Made by a program: the position numbers and the translations under genes | Shown here: one piece after another, positions 37,531 through 50,700 of the stretch | How positions within the stretch are numbered: the stretch's first letter is position 1 | Layout of the letters: each line of letters opens with the position of its first letter | Assembly: GCA_043228905.1 (NCBI GenBank) | Contig: JBHGNT010000017.1 | Location: forward strand, 4,960,001-5,024,000 | Direction of reading: 5' to 3' | Length of the DNA stretch: 64,000 nt | Source: Azolla caroliniana | Lineage: Eukaryota; Plantae; Polypodiophyta | The notes under the pieces: model-generated | What the model was told of the DNA's origin: nothing | The model's database searches: none | The model's input: the letters and a program-made list of their open reading frames with translations, nothing else

Positions 37531-40500
37531 TGTCGCGTTGTTACGCGCGTGCATGGAGAACGAGGCGGGACCACCGGGGTCTTGGACTGAGAAATAGCTG
37601 AGAAGGAGGAGAACGGAAAGGCAACGGACGCACTTGCACATGCACATACACGGGAGCACACAGGAATCACAGTCCAACAACACAACAAAATGAGACGACT
37701 CGAAGTCTGAGTATCTAAACACGTATGTATATAAATATATATATATATACCAAGTCGGTTACAACTAACAGGCCGGCAAGGCGAACACCGCCGCCTGTTC
37801 ACTCACACACAGAAGAGCGAGATGGAGACTCTGACGGAAGCACACGGGTGTTCCACGGAGCAGAGTCAGCCTCCCGAACACCTACGCAAAAATGGCTATG
37901 GAGAGGGGCAGAGGAGAAGGGCTCGGTCCCAGTCCGGCAGCACTTCGTCCTCTCTAACGCGTGATCCCCCTTTTCATTCCTCTCCCTCTCTTTAATAGCC
38001 CAAGGAGGGAGGCCGTTATCATCCGTTACATCACATTAATTCTTTGTCCTTTCGGACAGAGATACACCACAATTCTCTCCCTATTGAATGCGTGCTACCT
38101 AGGATTTCACCTCAGCCAACTTGTACCTACCTACTTACCATACAACGAAAAGTGTGCTCGCGTGTAAGGGCCGGTTTACACACTCTAAACTTGGTTTCCG
38201 CCTAGGGACGGTTTTCTTCACGACATCCGCCCCCACCTAACCGCGCATCCACCGGTATGCGCCAAAATTGGGCTCTTGCTGGAGAAAACCGGTCCATGCT
38301 TTACTCCTCGTCTTCCGGATCGTCATCTGCCTCGGACTGCCCATTGTCGTCATCCATGCTTTCCAGATCCGGCTCGCACTCGTGTCGTTTCTTAAACGCT
38401 TTGACCCTCTTCCCCGCTACCGGTATTCCTCGTATTGTCGAGCTCCGCAAGATGGTAGGTCCCGTTGTCGTTGGCGCTTGTCACCACGTAAGGCCCGAAC
38501 CACCTCCTTGCAAACTTCCGCGTTGCCCTGTGCTGGTTGTCGAGGCTGCTGTCATACACTAGGACCCAGTCGCCTTCCTCGATTTTCTTCGGTCGTAGTC
38601 GGTGAGTCCGGTCAAACCGCCCTTTGTTCTTCAACCTTGCCAACCGAAGCTTCTCTGCGGCTCGTTCCACGTCCTCCGGCCTTCGCTTGAGCTGTCGAAT
38701 CTGTGCTGCTAGCAGCTCCTCCCGGCTCATCTCATCTCTCCAGTCCACCGTGGCCCATGAGGAGATGGTTCGCTCTGTTGGCATGATCGGCCTCTGTCTG
38801 TACATAAGCTCTACTGGCATGAACCCGGTTACCGAACTATGCACAATTCGGTCCGCCCACAAGGCATAAGGTAGCAGTCGCGGCCAGTTCCCGACTTGGC
38901 CTTCACACGCTCGTACTAGCACTTTGACGATCGGCCCGTGTCCGCGCTCCACCTTCCCGTTAGCCTCCGGGTTGTACGCTGTGGTGAGTGAGAGTTTGAC
39001 CCCTAGTCGGTCAAACAGTTCTTCAGCCTCTTGCGCGTCCAACTCTCCGCGGTCAGCCACGATATTTCCTATGCTCTCGTACCGACATATCACGTCCTCG
39101 ATCAGAAACCGACACACCGCCGCGGTCGTTTTGTTCTGCAGCGCTTAGCCTTCAACCTGGTTCGTTAGATCCTCCCGAGCCAGCACCAGATACCACATCT
39201 ATCCTACCCCCATCGACATCGTCACCAAATTCACCATCCATTTGAAGTGGATGGTCGGAGGGTAGGTCGGGTGAAGCTCGTCCCGGTGTCGGACTATGGA
39301 GTGCATCTGACAGCTTTCCCAAGTCGTCACGAACCGATGCATGTCCCGGTACAGTCCCGGCCACCAATACTTCCCCTTTAGCTTCTCGAACGTGGCCCAT
39401 GTTCCGCGGTGTCCGGCCCAGGGACTCTCATGGTAGGCCTCCAACAACTCCTCCTGTTCCTCTTTCTTCTCCACCACTCGGAGCGGGATGTCGTCCCTCT
39501 TCTTCGGTTGCTTCCATATGTACCCGTCCCGAAGGAAGAATCGGTACGCTTTCTTCCGGATCCGGTTGGCCTCTTCCTTTGTCCACGCCGCGTCTGGTGT
39601 CATTGTTTTCAGGAGCCCCCCGATCTGGAGCCACTCCCCGTCATACTTGCTCTCGTCGAATTCGTTAAGCGTCGGAGTGCTCCCCTTTCTGGTTGTCATG
39701 TATGCCGCCTCGAAGAAATCTACGCTGACTTCCTCGTCGTCGTTTTCGAACCTCGCCCTTGAGAGCATGTCGGCCATGGCATTGTCTTTTCCAGAAATGT
39801 GTCGTATCTCCGGATTCAGGGACTTGATGTACGCTATCCACCTGAGCATTGCCAGGTCCGGCGTTGCGCATCCGGAAACCATGCCGAGAATCGGCTGATA
39901 GTCCGTCTCGATTATTACCTCTGTCCCGATAAGATAGTCTTTATCGATCTTCACCGCCGAAACGATACCCCAGAGTTCGCGTTTAACCTGGGCGTATCCT
40001 CGCTGTCGCTCACTGAGGACCTTCGCGCCGAACTAGATGGGGAACCTCGTGCCAATGTCATCCTCTTGGTTGATGACCCATCCGATCCCGGTCGGACTCG
40101 TGTCTACGGTTATGTAAATCAGAGTGTCTTTGCTGTAGACAGCCTTTCGGAGCGCCGGTGCCGTGGCAAGTGCTTCCTTCATCTTTCGGACCGACTCCGT
40201 ATGCTCGTCTCCCCACTCAAATTTACGGCCTTTCTTCAGCAACCCATACAGCGGCTCTGCGATGTGGGCGTAATGCGGGATCCAGATGTGGTAGAACGCG
40301 CATGCACCCAAGAATCTGTGGACCTCCGTGACAAACCCGCAATCCAGATGGCCTCTACCTTTGCCGGAGATGGTTTCCTACCGTAAGGCCTGCACAGGTG
40401 TTCGAACACCAAGATCTCCGACTGCCCGAACGCCGATTTTTCTCCGGAGAAGGTGAGTCGTGCGCTTTCGAGCCTCTGCAGCACCTTCTCGCAGTTGTTG

Positions 40501-43500
40501 ATGTGGTTTACGACGAACCTCCGACATCCGTCTGGCCCGACAGTCTCGTCCGCATCATCCACCGGACACCCCTTTATCGGGATGTCGTCCAAGAATGGCA
40601 TGGTGATGTCCGGGATGCAGTCCCTCAACACCTTGTTCATTGCATTCACCATATGTGCCACCGAATTCGTCCTGCCTTGTGGTAGGGTACACATTCGTAC
40701 TAGGCCGAGAGGGGTTCGCATCGTCGTGATATCCCTGCTCTCCACGGCTAGCTGGAACTGGTCGTACCCCGATTATAAGTCACCGACCGAATAGATCGAC
40801 CTTCCAGCGAAGGCCTCCACGAACTCGTCTATGGTCGGTCCGATTCTTGCATTACGGATGGTCACCTTGTTGACCGGTTGCAGGTCCTGAATGAAGCGCA
40901 ACGTGCCGTTCTTCTTCGGCACTGTAAACCACCGATTCGAATACAGGGCACTCGACGGTTCGAGGATGCCCATCTCCACCTTTTGCTTCAGAAGCTCCAT
41001 CAACTTCGGGATGTGAGCTCTCAGCACCGGAATCGGTTTGAGATTCCACGGTACATGCCGTACCGTGAAGATCACCATCGGTTCGACAATCGTCGGGTCC
41101 ATGCACCCGATCTCCTCCGGCGAGAACGCGAAGGCTTTCCCATGCCTTCCGAGCATTCTCCGAAACCTGTCCTCCTCCGTCGGCAGTAGAAAGTCACCCC
41201 CACCGACCTTGAGCTCCTGTAGCGTTATGTCGGTGAACCGGTGCCCTATGCCAGCCGGATTCCATAAACTTGGGTTTGACGCGACCCCTTTTATCCGCTT
41301 CTCGCTGCCCTCCGGCAAGGGTGCCGCGACTGGCCTTACCTTCCGGTCCACAGTCTTGTACTTTGTATCCACGCAGGCCGTCCGATCTGACCTGATCCTT
41401 TCCCTGAAGTCCACGATGACTTCGTACATTCTCATCAAATCAACCGGAACGGTCCGGTCTTCTCTAAGGTCTTCACCGATCACCTTTCGCAACTCGCCCA
41501 AGGTGTCGTCAAAAGAGACCGCCTCCACGGCGCCGCTGATTTCTTCATCAGGGGAGAGGACTCCGCATCCTCTGAGCCGATCCTCCAGTCGCTTCCTCTC
41601 CCGTCCACTGACGCCGGGTATAGTACAACCTCCGTTTTCGGAGAACCAAAACTTCCTACCTACTGTACATGTGTGGGGTTCTTCCGGTGCGTCCGGACTA
41701 TCACGGCCCCACGCCTTGATAGCCCTCTCTAAAAATCCCCTCCGCTGTTGCCGCCGAGGGTCTCGCGATTCGTCTCATGGTTCGGACGTACGGTCATGAG
41801 TTGGACGGAATGCCGTTCGTCTTGGCTCTTGACGCGCGCTTACGCCGAACCGTTGTCCAGCACCTTCGTCTCCATGCGTGCTGCCGTAATGTGCGGTTCG
41901 CCGAGAATCGTTGGGTGCAAGGATGTTTCCTGCACGAAGAAATGTTGATCTATCTCGACGTCACCGATCTTTACGCGTACATTTGGGCACGCACCATGCA
42001 GCTCCTCTGTAGCACGCGTCGCCACGCGTATCTTCCACCCGTGCTTGGTGTTGATCGACCATTTACCCTTCTTGTAGAAATCCATGGACATCAGGTTGAT
42101 TTCAGATCCATGGTCTACCAAGGCCACCACCGGTCCCGGAACGTCGCCGATTCGCACAGGGGTTTCCGTAGTTGCCCTGGCCCAGTGCGGCCTCGAATAG
42201 TGGCTCTCCGCCAACTCGTCTTCTAGAGCCATGTCCTCTATGTGCGTCGTTCGCACTTCCACCGGCTTCTCCGGCTCTGGCTCTATCGATAGCCTCTTCC
42301 TCTTCACCAAGTCTACGATGGAGTCGTGGAACTCCTTCTTGGCGATCCCGAGCACTTCCCTCAGCGACAACTCCACTTTGCTGTCAAGGATACGTTCCTC
42401 CAGGACCTTTCGATTTCCGTGCTCAACCGGTACCCGACCTTCTTGGCTTTATCCGGTGCGCCGGTCACACCGGCCTCATTCTGCCTTTGACCGAATCGGG
42501 TCTCGTATCGTGGCGAGGGCCCGGCCCCTCCGGTTTTACCTACTCACTTGTCTTCCACCAGAGCCTCGTAGTTCTGGCATGCGACTTCAACGAAGCCCGT
42601 CTTCTCTTCGACCGGGTCACTCCACCCGGTTACCTCCCGGACTCGTTTTTCCGCGCGGTCTGTTTCTTCTTTCCTTAGCCGTGCGCTGGCGAGTCCTTCC
42701 AACATCAGCGGCCAGAATCCGGCTTCGTTCGTCTTCCGGGCCTCACCACCTCCGACCCGGATCCCAACCGACGTCGAGTAGTGGACGGTCTCCGCGTGGC
42801 GAGCCACCACTTCTTCCATCAGCCGTTTCATTCCCCCTCGTCCGACATTCAGGTTCAGGGCCCTTCGGGTCTCGCTAGCGTGCACCCGATTGTTCCATAG
42901 GTACACCACGTTGGCTCTCATTGCCTCGGCGAAGTCCCCGCAATCCTTCCGGACGTGGCCGACTACGTCGCACCACAAATACCGGTTTCCAGCCAGAGGC
43001 CTTCGGTCACGGGCCTTTCGTCGTCGTCCCTCTGTGCCTGTGCAATCTGGAGGTCCTTTACCATCCTAGTCAGCTCCTCTAGAGCTGCTCCTCCGGACGA
43101 GCCTTTGACCATGCCGGTCGAAGTCGACCCGGTCTCGAGCCAGTCTCGGGTCTCTTCCCTTCGCGCTAGCAGGGTTGGCTCGAGTTTCCTTGCTGCTATA
43201 GAGCCCGCCCTTGTTGATCCTTTATCGACCCACTCTCTTCGTTTGTCGAAACGGCCACAAACTCTCTTCACCACGGCCCAGTCGGCCGTCAGCCCGTCAT
43301 CAGTCTCCAGCAGGAGACCCACTTGCTCCCGGTCCCTCGCATCCACCGACTTAACGAATAGCAGGACACGACTTGTGTCTAGTATGGTCCAGTCGAGCGC
43401 CGAAAGACGCGCAAAGCGTTCTTCAAACTCCTAGAGGAGCACTGACGTGTTTCTCCCCTTTTCAAGGGTCTCTACCCATTCCATGAAGTCCCGTTTCGAG

Positions 43501-44245
43501 AGCCGAAGCGCGTCATCAAGCCCGTATTTTTCGAGGAGCCGACCTTCAAACTCTTCCCAGGTCTGGCTCTCAGCCCGTACCTCGAGCACCTCCGTATGGA
43601 TGCCCGACATCGCCACCCGAGGGAATCCGATCAGTCGCCTTTCTTCTGGAATGTCTCTCATTATCATCTCGGCCCGGTAGGCCTCCAAATAGCTCGTGGC
43701 GTCCTTCCCACCGAACCGGCCTATTGTGCCGACAACCGCTTCAATAGCCCTATCGAGGGCACCTGCGCCTTCGTGCACACTCACCATCTGATCCACAGCT
43801 GAAGCCATGGCTTCCGCGAGATCCGACCCCCTCATCTTTCTATTTCTCTACCTCCTGTTCACGTCGGGTTCACCAAATATGTCGCGTTGTTACGCGCGTG
43901 CGTGGAGAACGAGGTGGGACCACTGGGGTCTTGGACCGAGAAAGTGCTGAGAAGGAGGAGAACAGAAAGGCAATGGACGCATGATCCCCCTTTTCATTCC
44001 TCTCCCTCTCTTTTATAGCCCAAGGAGGGAGACCGTTATCATCCGTTACATCACATTAATTCTCTGTCCTTTCGGACAGAGATACACCTCAATTCTCTCC
44101 CTATTGAATGCGTGCTACCTAGGGTTTCATGTCAGCCGACTTGTACCTACCTACCTACCATACAACGAAAAGTGTGCTTGTGTGTAAGGGCCGGTTTACA
44201 CATGCTAAACTCGGTTTCCGCCTAGGGACGGTTTTCTTCACGACA
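37531..44245 (-). mobile_element. Ty3/gypsy element G2, full domain set but with stops and frameshifts
   Basis: LTRs 43880-44245 (internally deleted) and 37531-38225, TSD CCAG/CCGC, PBS 43858-43875. Order is gag, knuckle, DUF4100-like region, protease LVDHGSEINLM, RT (LPQG, FLDD), RNase H, integrase. Confidence 0.93.
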
Positions 44246-45223
44246 CCGCTTTTGTGGAGGCCGCGTGCCAGGACTACGAAATTCTAGTGGAGGATAAATG
44301 AGCGGGGAAGAGCGGAGGAGCCAGACCCACCAACCGGTATGAGACACGAAGCGAGCCGAAGAAGAACGACGTTGGGGGGTCCGACTCGCAGGAAAGGTTG
44401 AAGCCGATAGGTTACCGAATGAGTTCGAAAATAGAGAGGGCGACGGACTTGCGGAAAGTCCTAGAAGAGCGAATCCTCAACATCAAGGTGGAGCTGTCTT
44501 TGAGAGAGGTGTTGGGGATTGCCAAGAAAGAGTTCCACGATTCCATCGTGAACTTGGTGAAGCGGAAGCGGCTCTCAACGGAGCCGGAGCCGGAGAAGCC
44601 CGTGGAGGTGAGGGCAACGCACCTTGATGATGTGGCCATGGAAGACGAGTTGGCGGAAAGACACTATATGAGACCACATTGGGCAAGAGCAACTACGAAG
44701 ACCCCTGTTCAGATCAGGGAAGTCCAAGAACCGATGGTGGCCCTGATTGACCATGGGTTTAAAATCAACTTGATGTCCTTGGACTTCTACAAGAAAGAAA
44801 AATGGTTGATCAACACCAAGCATGGGTAGAAGATACGCGCAGTGACACGTGCCACGAAGGAGCTTCATGGGGCGTGTCCGAACGTCTAGGTTAAGGTCGG
44901 GAACGTTGAGATCGACCAACACTTTTTCGTACAGGAGACTTCCTCGCACCCGGTGATTCTCGGTGAACCCTACATCACGGCAGCCCGCATGGAAACGAAG
45001 GTACTAGAGAATGACTCGATGGACGCACGATGTCGTGGAGAAACCATCCCTAGGCGGAATCAGAGAATATCGGGAGAATCGGCGGAGTGCATCATGTGTA
45101 CTCACCCTTGTAAAAACGTGTGAATAGTAGGAGTCAAGTCGGGACAGAGAATCCCATGTAAGTTGGGATTTATCCCACATTGTAATGCATCCCTCTCCTT
45201 GGTCTATAAAAGGAAGGGAGTGT

Positions 45224-45229
<6 letters not shown>

Positions 45230-45261
<32 letters not shown>

Positions 45262-47230
45262 ATATGCTCCATTGGTATTAAAATTAACAATGCCAAAGGC
45301 AATCTACAAATTGTACATAATAGTTTCCACTCCATAAGTATATATCGTAAAAAAAGGGACCAAATAAAGATGGCATTTGTTATGGCCTCTAAAAAACATC
45401 ATGTTGCAGCCAACATTGGCTGAATGTGATTCCACATATACCAAGCTCTTTAGTATACCCATATTCAACCTATAAACAAATTCCTGGTTGTCCAATAGCT
45501 GTTCCCGTTCCTTGGCCTTTAATTTTCCTTTGTGAATGTCCTTTTGTACCACTTAGGTAATACAAAACTGCTCTCTCCAATCAAGCCATTGAGGTAATCT
45601 GCTACTTCTTGGCCGTAGTCTTCTTCAAGCTGAAACTCAGAACAGCCATACATTGATTAGACCATAATCTCATCACAACCATGCTTCATTTAACCCACAT
45701 CAGTCATGTCTCCGATTAACGTCATTGCCCAAAAACCCCAAAAATCTGTGATAAGAATAAAATCCGTCTAAAAATTCCTCACCCACTCGTGATGATTGGC
45801 TTCGACCCTCCCCACCATCTTCACTCATCCTCACCACAAATATTTCTTCCTTTAGTCGACATCAGCCATCTCACCGATTAACCTGGTTCCAATGTCCACG
45901 CATATCCTGTATAATCAACAAAAACTTAGGTTAAAACATGTCCTCACCCACTCCTGCACATTGGCTTCGACCCTCCCCACCATCTTCACTCATCCTTAAC
46001 ACAATAATTCTTCATTCAGTCGACATCAGCCATCTCACCAAATACCACGGTGGCAATGTCCACGCATATCCTGTATTGATCAACACAAAATTAATGTAAA
46101 CATTTCCTCACCCACTCGTTATAGTCGGCTTCACCCTCCCCACCATCTTCACTCATCCTTAACACAGAAACTCTTCATACAGTCGACATCAGCCATCTCA
46201 CCAATTAACACGGTGGCAATGTCCACGCATATCCTGTATTGATCAACACAAAATTAGTGTAAACATTTTCTCACCCACTCGTTATAGTCGGCTTCACCCT
46301 CCCCACCATCTTCACTCAACCTTATCACTTTCACACAGAAAATTTCTTCGTTCAATCCACATCAACTGTGTAGCCAATTATCGTCATGACCAATGTCCAC
46401 GAAAAAACCTGTATCAATAACAAAACAGTTAATCTCAAAGTTTCCTCACTCATGATAGATGGCTTCGACCCCCCCGCCATCTTCCCTCATCCTTATCACA
46501 AAACAAGAAATTCTTCATTCAGTCCACGTCAGCCCTCTTGCCGATTAACATCTTGCACTGTTGACGAAAAACCTGTATTAAAAACAAAAATTAGTGTAAA
46601 AATTCCCCACCCACTCACGATTGTCGACTATGACCCCGCCACCATACCCCATCCTTTTCTCTTACACATTCTTCCTTCTTTCCACATCAGCCCTCTCGTC
46701 GATTAGCTTGTTGCCAATGTCCGTGGAAAACCTGTATTTACAACACAAAAACAGTTTACACTTTCCTCACGCACTCATCCTAAACGGCTGTGTTCAATAT
46801 AAATGGCGCTGGTGGCGGAAACAACCATCGAGGTGGAACATAATTCCACTTTACATCTTCCCCTGTTGCATCCAACAAAATAGGAATGGTTGACCAGACT
46901 CTTCTAAGTCGCTTTCTTTTCCGGTTAGGCCCATTTCCACAACCCTTATAGCTATCATATTCACCTTTAACTATATTTACCAATAATTCCCAGAAAGATT
47001 TAACTTGATCCACAACATTAGTATCTTCATCATTATATATTTTAGAACACCTTGCTTTCCAAATAATCCATAAGGCCAACGAGGAAATAACGTTCCAAAC
47101 ATAACACCTAGAAAAGAACTTGACTCCCTGCAAGGAGCTATTCGTAACGTACACCTGAAAACTTTTCACATGTAAAGTCAATGATGAATTATGATAATGA
47201 TGAATTATGATGAATTATGTAAAGGAACCT
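45230..47230 (-). mobile_element. 5'-truncated LINE with poly(A) and ~18-bp TSD inside the G3 5' LTR
   Basis: Direct repeat GGAAGGGAGTGTCCCTTT at 45212-45229 and 47231-47248, T run to 45254, ORF2-like C-terminus LALWIIWKARC (46780-47181). The insert is absent from the 3' LTR (~51833-51850). Confidence 0.9.
45695..46790. repeat. ~164-bp tandem repeat, about 6-7 diverged copies, in the LINE 3' region
   Basis: GGCTTC(G)ACCCTCCC-like anchor at 45798, 45963, 46127, 46290, 46461 and 46626. Confidence 0.85.
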
Positions 47231-47747
47231 GGAAGGGAGTGTCCCTTTGTGAAGGGGTTGCCCATTTTGAGTTAGGAGGGCATGCCGTCAGGTTTAGTAT
47301 TCCGTTTATCTTTTCTTCTTCTTCTTCCCCTTCGTGTTTGCTTAGGGTTTGCTTCCGCTCGGCCTCTTGTGCAAGACCCCGCTCGGCGCAACGAGCCCGA
47401 GAGCTCCCCGAGAGCGGCTTGGCGGCAGATTGCTGTTGTAGCGTAACCTACCTTGGTCCGGCTCGAAGCCGGGGATGTATTCTTTCCCTTGTAATATACA
47501 TATTTGCGTCTATCTGTTCATATCGGTGTATTTGGTGGTGTCGGAAGCACAACCCCTTGCTTCCTGTGCATAAGAGTCGGTGTCGCGCGCACGCTCTCCC
47601 TCTCCTTTGTCTCTCTCTCTCTCTCTCGCGTTCGGTTGCCTCCGGAGCGTGTCCGGAGACGGTTTCTCGGCACCCCCTTTTTTCCCTAGTCCTAGACCCC
47701 TGTGGTCCCGCCCTTCTCCACGCACACGTGTAACAACGCGACATATT

Positions 47748-47765
47748 TGGTGAACCCGACGTGAA
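47748..47765 (+). other. tRNA-Trp primer-binding site (also at 32199-32216, 43858-43875 on -, and split at 31555-31569/36314-36320)
   Basis: TGGTGAACCCGACGTGAA is the reverse complement of the plant cytosolic tRNA-Trp 3' end TTCACGTCGGGTTCACCA (recalled). It lies 4 nt after the LTR end in G1, G2 and G3. Confidence 0.85.
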
Positions 47766-50700
47766 GGGCGGCAAGGGAGGATGGAGCTGGAAGAAGACGA
47801 CTTCGTGCAACTTTTTGTCGAAGCGGTGAGGGAGTTTGGACGAGCAATGGCAAGACGAGACACGGCGCAGCAAGTGGTTGAGCGAGTGGTCGAAAGAGTC
47901 GGCCGTTTCAATAGGGACAAAGTCCCATCTTTCTTGGAAGCCTACAACGCGGAAATGGAGGAGCGAGACATAGACGAGGCGTTGAGGTTGGAGTTCTTCT
48001 GTCAGGTCATCGTCGTCCATATGCACGTTGAAGTGAAGGAGCTCCGAGAAGCTCATAGTTCATTGGAGGCCTTCGAAGAGGCGCTCTTGCAGGCATATGG
48101 AGGACATCGGAAGTGCCGATGATGATGCGACTTCGACCAGTGGGTTGCATCGGCGAAGACCCACCGGGGTGCAATGAAGGAGTTCGGAGAGTTCGAGTGG
48201 CGGCTTGCTCGGCTCCCAGAGCGGGAACAAGGTTTGGTGGGGGCGGAAAAAATCCTGTTGTTCGTAAGGTCGATCAACCGAGCAGAACAGGAGGTCATCG
48301 GGATTGAGCTCGAAGATGAAGGCGGAGCGAATGGCCTTACGGAGGACTGGTCGAAGGTCGGAAGGGTATGGCAATGGCTAGATGACGAGTGAGCCGAGAA
48401 GGCTAAGAGAAAGGCGCGCGATGACGTGCCATCACAACGGGAAGAGGCCGAACGGCAAAGAGAGTCGGCAAGGGTCGGCGTCGGGGCCAGGATTACGTAG
48501 GTGTACACAGCTCTCGAGGCAATGCTCGAGGAAGAGGAAAGATCGAGGCCGCGAGCTGAGATCGAGGAGACGAGCTTGCCCCATGAGATGGTAGAAGGTC
48601 GGTACCACGGTACCACGGGAGAGGGTACGAAACAAAACGCCCTCTCAACTTGCAGAGATTGAACGACCGAGGATGAGGCCGAGACACCGATCGCGGAATC
48701 GGAATGTTGGGATCGCGCAAGCCCAGGCGGGGCTTGCGCGATCGGTAAGAAGATGACCACCGACCACGAGGAGCCAGTGACTGCGGATAAGGGCGTAAAT
48801 AGGACAGACGATTCTACGCGTCTTCCCACACTTGCTCCTGAGACGATGGCAGTCGGGTCCGAGTGCCCACGTGAGTCCCAAGAGGAGGAAGGCAGCGACG
48901 AGAAACCGAGAATCACCAGCGAGACGATACGGGGAAGGAGCGGACAAGAGCCCTCGGAACCGAATCCGGAGAACTCGACATTCGGGCCCTTACGCCCATG
49001 TGAGACTGAGGAGATGGATGACGGTATCGAGGAGTCCTGGCACGATGCCAGCGAAGTTGGATGAGAAATGGCTCACGAGAAGGTCGACGAAGAGACCATG
49101 AAACGATCCGACCGGGGACCGACCCGTGTGGCACTCCGATTCGGGTGGGGCGCGATCCGGTCTTGGATTATTCGACGGGGGCCAGAATTGGCATGAAGTT
49201 GCCAATACGGAAGAGGGTGCGGAACGAGCCACCCTCTTTTCCATGGGGAGAAAGACCGACCGGGCGAAGGTCGGGAATCAGGAAGAAGATGATCAAGGGT
49301 TCAGAACGAGTTCGGCTGGATCGGCATCAGAGCCGAAACTCCTGACATTGGAGAATCAAGCCCAAGCGGGGCTTGGTTGATCACAGAGCGGATGCTTTCC
49401 ACAGACACCACTAAAAGGGTCGGTGGCCTGGAGGAGTCGCTGAAAGACGTTGTGAAATCGGTTACCCCACATCTTGTCCGGAGACTTCGGCAGTTCGGCC
49501 GACGTGGCAACGTGAGACCGAAAGAGATGGAAGATGGAGGCGGGAGCATAGTGAGGAGAGTGATGACGAGTCCGGGATAAGTCCAAGGGATGAAGCAGAG
49601 AATGAAGCCTGGTCCTATGGAGTTCCTTACAACCGATCCGGCTGTCGGCCCGAGTGCCGACGTGAGTCTTATAGGAAGGGACGGTGGCGACAGGAGAACG
49701 GGACCTGGACGAGAACTGGGCGGAGCGGACTTCCGAATAACCATTCCCGGAGGGAGGAAGAGAGCATGCCTACGAAAAGGCCGGGAACACGGTACGTCGG
49801 TACCACGGGAGAGGGTGTGGAGCGAGCCACCCTCTCGACTTGCGAAAGAAGGAAGACCGGGGATAAGGGTCAGAGATATGACAAGCCTGAGGAGGATCCT
49901 TCACACCGGTTCTACAGACTCCGGCGGTAAGCCCGAGAGCCGGCGGTCGGCCTAGAGTGACGAACGGTGGCAGCGAGGGGACGAAGGCAAAGGGCTACAG
50001 ATGAGCGGTCTACGGAGATCCTCACACCAATCCGGCGGTCGGCCCTAGTGCCGGCGTGAGTCCTATAGGAGAGATCGGTGGCGGCAGGTGAACGCGACCA
50101 ACAAAAGAGGGCAGCGAAGGCGGAGCGGTGCTGCTGCGACCTTACACACACCGGTTCTAGAGACTCCGGCAGCCGGCAACAAGAGGAGGCGTGAGACCTA
50201 GAGTAAGGAACGGTGGTGGCAGCAAGGCGGGCAACTGAAGCCAGAAGGGGAGGTCCCACGAAGATCCTTAGACCGATCCGGCAATCGGCCCGAGTGCGGA
50301 CGTGAGTCCTATAGGAAGGGACAGTGGCGGCAGGCGAACATGATCGGACGATGGGGCAGAGCGGTATGAAGGTATTAGGCCGGCGAGGCGGCTACGGACC
50401 GAATCGGACCTACCGGCAAGGTGATGGGCATAAGGAAGTGCGGTCATATGGGATCCCCACACCAGACCGGAGACTCCGGCAGTTCGACCAGCGTGGCAAC
50501 GTGAGACCGTGAGAGAAGGATGGTGGCGGCGGGAAACGGGACCCGACTACGCAGGAGACACGAGGAGAGTCCGGGAGGGACTCAAACAAAAGACACCTGA
50601 ATTTCGGCAAGCAACGAAACGACGATCGGTCCTATGGGACCTTCACACCAATCCGGAGACTACGGCTGTTCGGCCAATGTGGCAACGTAAGACCGAGAGA

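Noticed and set aside
43858-43875. Possible tRNA-Trp gene
   Set aside because: Only the 3' 18 nt including CCA are present, next to an LTR, so it is a primer-binding site.
45304-45660. Extra ORF in the LINE 3' region
   Set aside because: Short, interrupted by stops, with no recognisable homology; it cannot be supported without a search.
45695-46790. Possible CRISPR-like array
   Set aside because: Whole units are homologous with no unique spacers, the context is eukaryotic, and no cas genes are present.
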